From Eledone cirrhosa (lineage: Eukaryota), in NCBI GenBank assembly GCA_964016885.1, contig OZ024745.1, positions 73,408,001 to 73,472,000 on the forward strand: 64,000 nucleotides of DNA, in the 5' to 3' direction. The notes beneath the pieces are model-generated. The model saw only the letters and a list, made by a program, of their open reading frames with translations. It did no database searches and was not told where the DNA came from. Shown here one piece after another: positions 54,115 through 64,000 of this stretch. The translations under genes were made by a program, and so were the position numbers. The first letter of the stretch is position 1; every line of letters begins with the position of its first letter.

Positions 54115-54535
54115 CAAAACAACAAGAGGTAATATCGGCAGATACAAGCCAGAAACTCTGAAGAATATGGAGTGTACATACACTAATGTCTTGCAAAGAT
54201 ATACGATAATAAAAATGAAAATAAAGATAAAAATAATAAAATTATAATAACTAAGGATGTAGATAACATTAAGAACCATATTACAAATATAGTCCAAAGC
54301 CACCAACCTAAATCTAAACAAATTTGGTTATATAGAGCAGGAATTATATATAACACAATATAATACATTATAATAATAATATATTTATACCAACATTAAA
54401 ATTCCAAATTATATATATATATATGCATGCTACTGTACGTCTGTATACATATATGTATGTACGTATACATACATACTTACATATATATTGCATTTTTGTT
54501 TTTAAAATCCAAATTCAATAAACAAACCAGGATTT

Positions 54536-54595
54536 CTTCATTCTGAGGATTGAAAGCAAAACCCTTTGCTTTTAAGAAACCACTGGTAAATGGAA
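54536..54595 (+). ncRNA. Type I hammerhead ribozyme (inverted pLTR of the 45890-48230 element)
   Basis: CTGAGGA 54543-54549; 11-bp stem II; GAAAC 54576; GTA triplet; ttcatt/aatgga stem I. Confidence 0.85.
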
Positions 54596-54624
54596 TAATT
54601 GCCTTATGTTGTTTATTACATAAT

Positions 54625-54660
<36 letters not shown>

Positions 54661-54689
54661 AAATGTGTGAGATCATTGGTACAGTTAGG

Positions 54690-55660
54690 TATATTTGAAA
54701 AAAAGGAAAAGAATGACCTCACTTGTAGTGTTAAAAAAGTTTTGTTTTAATTTTATAATATTATAATATTATGAGTTGGTAGATCCAGTACCAACTCATA
54801 ATATTATCTATATATATAAAACAGAGGATGTCTGTGTCTCTGTTTCTTTAAAACTCGAGAAGTACCCAACCGGTTTTTTTCAAACTTTATACATGTAACT
54901 CGTATGACCCCAGAAGTGTTTTGAGCAAAAAAGATTTCAAATTTTCAATGCCCTAGGGACCGCATTAGGCGATTTAGCGATCTCTTTCTCTTTCTCTTAG
55001 TCTTTCTCTTTTTAGATAGATACATAGATATGACGTCGCGCCTTCATAATATCTGTCTGTATGCCTGACTGTCTGAATTACGTCATTATGACGCAATCAG
55101 TGTGTGTGTGTATATATATTCTTATGCCAGGGAACGTCTTCACGAACCAAACTATCGTCTTCCTGTTTTCCAGATTGATTTTTTTAGTTTAAGAATATCC
55201 CGTTAAGGTTGAAAGCAGCGATTCTTTGCTTAAACATTAATATGTTATTTTAATATAGATATTACTGTACAGATATTTATGCATACATAAAAACAAAATA
55301 TAAACAAACAAGGCCAAAGATTACATCAATTAGTCTTAGTGTATGTACTTCATACTGCTTTTAGGTAGAATATCCCGTTAAGGGTGAAAGCAGTGATTCT
55401 TTGCTTAAACATTAGTCTGTTATTTTAATATATATATATATATAATTATATATTTATGGACAGATATTTTTGCATACACAATAACAAAATATAAACAAAC
55501 GTATTTATTTCACGAGGTTCGATAAGGATAAATATATATCAAATATATAAGAACCTTATAGCAAATCCCGAGCAACGCCGGGCCATTCTGCTAGTAATAT
55601 TATAAAATTAAATCCAAAATTTTTTAACACTACAAGTGAAGTCATTCTTTTCCTTTTTTT

Positions 55661-55668
<8 letters not shown>
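54690..55668. repeat. Fold-back element split by a Helitron
   Basis: 54690-54763 is the reverse complement of 55595-55668; central hairpin tatgagttggt/accaactcata. Confidence 0.75.
54807..55594 (+). mobile_element. Non-autonomous Helitron
   Basis: 5' TC(TATATATATAAAA); 3' hairpin cccgagcaacgccggg then CTAG; inserted at A|T; related fragments at ~3240-3285, 6475-6540 and 62555-62650. Confidence 0.8.
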
Positions 55669-55715
<47 letters not shown>

Positions 55716-55780
55716 GTAGGTCCCGGAGTAAGTAAGGTACTCAATACATGGCAGAGTAAAATTTTTTATTTTATAGAAGG

Positions 55781-55831
55781 AGCTTCTACAGGACTAGTAC
55801 TGTTTCATTCAGATGAAATCTTCAGGAAGCT
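55781..55831 (-). ncRNA. Type I hammerhead ribozyme
   Basis: Reverse complement of 61514-61564. Confidence 0.85.
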
Positions 55832-56329
55832 GGGTGTCATATTAAGTTCTGGTAGTGGTAAGGGAGGGGTGGTGGATGGGGGGGGGGGGATTTTTTGGGG
55901 TGGGATGGTACTTAGATACACAGGACCACTTCATGGCACAGGCCGTTTTTTCTTTGGGGAGTGGTCAATTAGCCAGAGTGCTTTTTTGAAATAAATAAAT
56001 AAGTAAATAAATAAATAAATGAATAAATAGATAAATGAATAAATAAATAAAGAAAATTAATAAAAAAATAAATAAAAAATAAATAAATAAAATCCCCAAG
56101 AATAGTAATTCAACAGATATATAGTAGGGAAATTTTTTAGGTGGGTTGGTAATAGAAATTAAACATTTAACAAGACCGAATCATGGCACAGACTGGGGTG
56201 AGTGGTCAAGTTAACATACAAGCCACAGGTGGCCAGAGTGTTTTTGTAGAATGGAAAGAATAAAATATATTTACATACTCACAACCACATACAAAAACAC
56301 TTATATATATATATATATAGGTATATATG

Positions 56330-57096
56330 CGTTTTGTTTTGGCTGTGTGGATGATATGTTTAACCATCATCTCAGTGTGTTTGGCCCTTAACGTATGTTG
56401 TAGCTCTGATTCATATGATTCATCGAGCGCTTGCCACACATATCGGACGTTGATTTTCGTTAATTCCTGAGCTGAAAACGATTCTCGCTAATTTATATTT
56501 GTATTAATCTCCAGAGTCTAGCTATTGAGCAGTTAATTTTATTGATTTTTTCAGTTACTTATATTGACTGTTGAATAGCTCTGTTATATTTAACCATTCT
56601 GTCGAGAGCTTTATTCAATTTGTGATATTTTGCATTCTCGCAATAATACACAACTGAATTATTCGCTTAATAGAGGTGTTACCTCCCTTGCTGAATCCCA
56701 CGAGGGGTCAGTAATAGCCACACTATCTATAGCATCTTGGAGCAAAACCCGTTGATAACACGACTGCCTTGTTCATCATCTCACCAGAAGCCCAACATTC
56801 TTTATGTAGGCGGACAGTACCTGATTTGGAGTCGCAGAAACCAATACTGGATTTTACCATCAGTCCAGGGTCCGGGAAAGTATCAACACATATATTTTTA
56901 TTGTTTGACCCGAATTACTTGGTCGTTTTGTTTTGGCTGTGCGGATGATATGTTTAACCATCATCTCAGTGTGTTTGGCACTTAACGTATGTTGTAGCTC
57001 TGATTCATATGATTCATCGAGCGCTTGCCACACATATCGGATGTTGATTTTCGTTAATTCCTGAGCTGAAAACGATTCTCGCTAATTTATATTTGT
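56330..57096. repeat. Unclassified ~770-bp insert bounded by ~172-bp direct repeats (56330-56503 / 56924-57096)
   Basis: Repeats visible directly; insert absent from the mirrored pLTR copy at ~60900-61020. Confidence 0.8.
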
Positions 57097-57127
57097 ATAT
57101 ATATATATATGTGCACACCTACACATT

Positions 57128-57175
<48 letters not shown>

Positions 57176-57191
57176 TATGTGTGTGCGTATG

Positions 57192-57259
<68 letters not shown>

Positions 57260-57373
57260 TACATACACATATATACATATATACACAAGAAAAACACAAA
57301 CACACAATTATACACACACACACGCATACACATACACACACATATATATATCTACACATACACACGTGCGCAT

Positions 57374-57407
<34 letters not shown>

Positions 57408-57547
57408 GTATACATATATATATATATACACACCTACATGTACGTATGTCTCTCGGTATAAACTATACTATACATACACACACACACAAACACATACATT
57501 CACACATATATATACATATATACACATACACACACATACATATATAA

Positions 57548-57612
<65 letters not shown>

Positions 57613-58364
57613 TACATACACACACATACACATATACAAGCACACACGCATACATACACATACATACATACAAATAAGTACACATAAACGCATATGCACA
57701 AACACGCACTCGTTCGCACTCATACATGTGTCTATAATATAATGGTAGTGGGACAAATTTTAATTTTAAATTTTAAATTTTAAATTTTAAACTGGGACTG
57801 ATAGAGGATTAAAATAATTAATATCACTACTAAGTTATTAATATTATCATCAAGTAATTAATTACTATTTATTATTTACTATTTACCATTCACTATTCGT
57901 TACCTATCTTTTATCTTTTATCTATTCATTACCTAATCATTCACTCATAAATTAATAAATAAATGAATGAGTTAACTAACAAACAAACAAACAAACAAAC
58001 AGATAAACAAATAAACCAGTAAATAAGTTAATAAATAAATAGATAAATAAATAAATAAGTAAATAAAGTAACTAAATAAATAAATAAATAAATAAATAAA
58101 TATACAGATAAATAGATAAATAAATCACGAACGTGTGCGTGCAGCAGTTCATAACTGCACGTATGCAAACATGAGCAGGTATATACGTGAATTTGTGTGT
58201 GCGGCCACGGAACTTTACTCAGAGGCATACAACACAATATATAAGACCTAGAGGGGAGGAAAGAAGGTAATAATGAGAGATAGAGGGGAGGAAAGAGGGT
58301 AATAATGAGAGATGGAGGGACGGGAATGGGATGGGGGGCGGGGTGGGGTGGTGATAGTGGGGGG

Positions 58365-60501
58365 TCAGTCGGGGGGCCGGGGGGGTCTGTAGTTTTTGTA
58401 ATTTGCATAGTTCTTGTGCATGCAATTAGGGGAGTGTTCCGAGATCTTGTTGAGGAGAGGGCCTTTGGCGAATAGAATCTCATAGCTCTCGGAGATACAG
58501 AGGTCACAGCAATTATGGCCTCCCGTGTATGATCGCGCTCTCTGGAGTAGTCTCCATTGGGTCTTGAAGGGGATGGAGTTCCTTTTAAGGTGCCAGATGT
58601 GGGCGGCGAGTGTAGTTTGGTTAGATTTGTCTGGGCGCCGGAACGAATGTGTGTGGGCGTACCAGCGAGTCTTAAAACTATTAGAAGTCATCCCGATGTA
58701 CGAGTTTCTTTTTTCATCGGGGCCTGAGAGTACATCGCATATATTGACGAGATCTTTTTTTAGACAGTTGTTGTTGAGAGGGCAGGTCCTCTTATCAGGG
58801 CAATTGCAGTTGCTATCGGTTGCTGGATGGGCTTCGGAAAAAGTAGACTTATTTAGCTTCTTGATGTTGTTGTTGGCTAAGTTTCTAGCTAGATTAGGTG
58901 TGGTAGAGTAAGAGAGTCTAATGTTATTCTTATTAAGGATAGTATAGTACCTATGTTGGGTGGGGAAGTGTTTTTGTAAGAGAGTGAAGAAAATTTTAGC
59001 TACAGGTGTTGAAACTTCTCGGTTGAAGGGGGGGGGGGTGTACCAGCTAATGTGCCTTCGCCTATTCTTCCTGGGTGGGCGTGGGGCTATAGTAAGGTAG
59101 GTGATCTTATCTCTAAAGCCGCTGCGGGCCAGGGCCTCGTTGTAATAGGGGGCTGCTGCTCTAAAGATATCTTCATTGGCGGCGAGGCTAGATATCCTAA
59201 TGGAGGCACGTTTTACTAGGTTGTCTAATATATTTTTGGGGTGGTTAGAATTAACGTCTATATATCTAAGGGATTCATTAGGTTTGTGGTACGGGTAGTA
59301 AAGGGAAGTTTCTAAGTCGAGGGTAACGTCTAGGAAGTTAGCTTTAGTTAAGTTCGTATCTAAGGTAATCCTAAGGCCTAAGTTTTTAAAGAAGGTGTAA
59401 AGGTTTTTTCCTGAACCCATCCGTGGTCCTGGGGTTGATTTTGTGGAGGGCAAAGAGGCCGTCATCTCGGTAGAGACCGCCGGAGAGACCTGTGAAGAGG
59501 GTCTTCAACCTGTGGAGGATGAACAGACCCACAAGGTCACTAATTTCAGCTGAGTCGCTAGCACCCATGCTAACGTCGAAGGGGGTCTCAGATTTTTTGT
59601 TGATCCAGTGGGATCTGTCATGGTAAAGAAAAGTTTTACGTGCATGGAGGATCACATCCTGCTCGGCTTCGGTAATTGTGGTTAAGTTCCTGGCGAAGTT
59701 AATCGCGTCAATCAGCAGGCTCTCTGATATGGAGGCGTAGTAATCCTCGATGTCTAGCTGCAGGAAGCGGGTGTTGCTTTTGTCGGGCAAGTCGCGGAAC
59801 CATGTGATTGCCTCTGATGTCCTATTCCAGAGTGGGAGGGGTGAGGCAGCACGTAGTCTAGGTAGAATCCTGTCCAGGATCTTCTTACTGATGGATCCTA
59901 AGTCAGACTTGGTCGGGTTAATCAGCCGGACCGACGGTTTATTGTCGAAGTTGTTCTTGTGGTCTTTCAGGGTGAAGTGTGGGGACTTTACCCTCAGAGG
60001 TTCTGTCCGGTCTTCCAGTTTAAGGGAAGTGGCGATCTTCTTTCCGGCTATGTTTGTTTCAGTCAAAGTAGTGTCATCAACTTTTTTGTACTTTGCTGTG
60101 ATGGCATTATCAGCAAGCTTGTTGTAGGTGTCGGGAATAACCGCATAAGTGTTTTTAGTTTTGTCTGAAGGGACGTGGAGGTACGGGGAACTTTTCATTT
60201 TCAGAAGTTTCTCCTTTAAGTCCGTTTGGAAAGGTATGTTGACTTTCCTGAATTTAATATTTGTGATCATTTGAAAGAGGTCTTCTTCAAATGGTTCAAG
60301 TAGGCTGTTGGTGGGTGGAGCCTTATTAGATTTAAAGCCGTACATCTCGTTATTGGTAGATGCTACATCAGGGTGGTCGAAAAAGAACGATCTCCATCTA
60401 ATTCGTTTGATGAATTCATCAGTCCGTCTAATGAGGGTTTTTAGGTACTGTTTCCTTGGTGGGTTCTTCAGGGAGGTATTGAGGTCGATTCTTGTTAGCA
60501 T
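58365..60501 (-). pseudogene. PLE RT + GIY-YIG ORF with a single frameshift near 59410
   Basis: KRIRWRS, SDKT, LDIEDYYASI, SMGASDS, YRDD, FLDV, SNHP, CNCPDKRTCPLNNNC, YIG, CDLC. Confidence 0.93.
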
Positions 60502-60803
60502 ATTTTCTTGAGGATGGTTATAAGGGCACTAGGGTGTGCTTGGATACGTAGGTCCCGGGTTGAGTCGGGGATAACCACAGTAAGTAAGGTACTCAATACA
60601 TGGCAGAGATTATGTGTATGCGCACGTGTGTATGTGTAGATATATATATGTGTGTGTATGCGTGTGTGTGTGTGTATATTTGTGTGTTTGTGTTTTTCTT
60701 GTGTATATATGTATATATGTGTATGTATGTATGTATGTGTGTGTGTGTGTGTGTATATGTATGTGTGTGTATGTGTATTTGTATGTGTATACGCACACAC
60801 ATA

Positions 60804-60836
<33 letters not shown>

Positions 60837-60857
60837 GTGTGTGAATGTGTAGGTGTG

Positions 60858-60902
<45 letters not shown>

Positions 60903-60941
60903 ATACTTTGGGAGGGTCATGTTGCCAATAATTCAGAAACG

Positions 60942-61014
<73 letters not shown>

Positions 61015-61513
61015 TATATATGTGTGTGTAAGTGTTTTTGTATGTGGTTGTGAGTGTGTAAATATATTTTATTCTTTCCATTCTACAAAAACACTCTAGC
61101 CACCTGTGGCTTGTATATTAACTTGACCACTCACCCCAGTCTGTGCCATGATTCGGTCTTGTTAAATGTTTAATTTCTATTACCAACCCACCTAAAAAAT
61201 GTCCCTACTATATATCTGTTGAATTACTATTCTTGGGGTTTTTATTTATTTATTTTTTATTTATTTTTTTATTTATTTTATTTATTTATTTATTCATTTA
61301 TCTATTTATTCATTTATTTATTTATTTACTTATTTATTTATTTCAAAAAAGCACTCTGGCTAATTGACCACTCCCCAAAGAAAAAACGGCCTGTGCCATG
61401 AAGTGGTCCTGTGTATCTAAGTACCACCCCCCCCAAAAAAAATCCCCCCCCATCCACCACCCCTCCCTTACCACTACCTAAATGTATAAATACCAGAACT
61501 TAATATGACACCC

Positions 61514-61564
61514 AGCTTCCTGAAGATTTCATCTGAATGAAACAGTACTAGTCCTGTAGAAGCT
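61514..61564 (+). ncRNA. Type I hammerhead ribozyme
   Basis: agcttc-CTGAAGA-tttcatctgaat-GAAACAG-tactagtc-CTGTA-gaagct. Confidence 0.85.
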
Positions 61565-61574
61565 CCTTCTATAA

Positions 61575-61622
<48 letters not shown>

Positions 61623-61642
61623 TATATATATATATATATATA

Positions 61643-62891
<1,249 letters not shown>

Positions 62892-63602
62892 TTAATTTTC
62901 CGTATCAAATTTTTCATATACTTCGTACGAGCATTTATGTAGTTTGCACTAGAATTTTTGTATCGTAGGGGCACCCTTAGAGATAGTATTAGTATTCATT
63001 TTCGGGATTCTGAATTATTATTTCGTATTAGTTTATTTTTTGCACTGGGTGGTTGCTGGCCTTGTGGCTAGGCTAGAAACAATTATTTCATATTAGTTTC
63101 GGGATCTGAATTATTATTTCGTGGTAGTTTTTTAGTATTTTGGCCCCCACTTGTTGACCTGTCACCGTAAGATATACTCGGTTGATTACTACTAACTCTT
63201 AAAATGGTCTCACTACAATTCCGTCCCACCTAGTAAACTTTTCTGTAGTTTAGCAGTACCAGTGAGAGACTTGATGACTGTGGTTAGGGAATAGTAACCA
63301 GAAATTGTTTTTGTATATTTTTAACATTCTTGGTATTCTTCTATATATTTACTCCATATTGATTTACTTATTGTTTCGACTTCCTCCCCCTCCCCTCCCT
63401 AGTATACTTGCTTGACCTCCTGCCCTGCTGTAGTTGGCACTATCAACGCACGACTGGGTTTCCTCCACTCCCTCTCCCTCTTTCTTCTACTGGCAGGTTC
63501 AGCTACCCCTTCCTTTCACAAATTGCCATGATAGAATTATGTATCTCAACAACAAACTTTTGACCAATCCTTGTGACAATCACTTTTACCATATATGGAA
63601 TT

Positions 63603-63697
63603 ACCCCTGAGAAGCTCAGCTATTCATATACCAGGATAAAAATGTTCATTTAGTCCAGAATTAGCCGTCGAAACGGCTTGAGCTCAGCCGTCGGGGT
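63603..63697 (+). ncRNA. Hammerhead-like motif with variant core and long stems II and III
   Basis: accc-CTGAGAA..gctattc/gaattagc..GAAAC-ggct-tgagctc-agcc-GTC-ggggt. Confidence 0.55.
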
Positions 63698-63796
63698 CCT
63701 ACTCGTTCCTATTACCCACTCTACTACCCTAAGTATTGAGTACTTTGGTGCGTTATGGTCCACCTGGTTCCTTACCACATTTCCTTCGTTATATAT

Positions 63797-63835
<39 letters not shown>

Positions 63836-63875
63836 CGATATTAATAAATGGAAACTATATTTATAAAACCATATT

Positions 63876-63941
63876 TATTTCATTATACATATTTCAAGGA
63901 TACCATTTTAAATTAAGGTATGCCTTCATCAGACAAAATAC
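63876..63941 (-). ncRNA. Type I hammerhead ribozyme, family A (in pLTR 63835-64000)
   Basis: Reverse-complement homologue of 385-550; TCATCAG at 63926-63932. Confidence 0.8.
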
Positions 63942-64000
63942 AATATATACCAGTTTTATGAATAAACATTGACGTACCCTTTCAAAATGCGACCGTTACT

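Larger units (their letters stand above)
55713..61580 (-). mobile_element. Near full-length PLE with long inverted 5' pLTR (60609-61580 mirrors 55760-57380, apart from an insert)
   Basis: RT+GIY-YIG ORF; pLTR tail duplicated at 55713-55757 and 60545-60608; (TA)n flanks. Confidence 0.92.

Overview
AT-rich, microsatellite-dense eukaryotic DNA made almost entirely of nested transposable elements, with no recognisable host gene. The SINE types suggest a cephalopod such as octopus; this is inference. Contents: (1) At least 10 Penelope-like retroelement (PLE) insertions. They include an intact 897-aa RT+GIY-YIG element with direct pseudo-LTRs (49102-54410) and a near-intact one (55713-61580). Their pLTRs carry about 19 type-I hammerhead ribozyme motifs in roughly 10 sequence variants. 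(2) An ~11-12.6 kb tandem duplication (~18383-29137 / ~29950-42557), each unit stacking a Tx1/L1-clade LINE, an RTE LINE and an antisense R4/Dong LINE. (3) R4/Dong elements that repeatedly sit in (CATA)n, the complement of the (ATGT)n tails made by the RTE family. (4) Bipartite non-autonomous RTE derivatives, tRNA-derived SINEs, a non-autonomous hAT element with an 8-bp TSD, Helitron-like elements and long palindromes. Most short ORFs in the track are microsatellite artefacts. All calls were made by eye, and element boundaries are approximate unless a motif is quoted.
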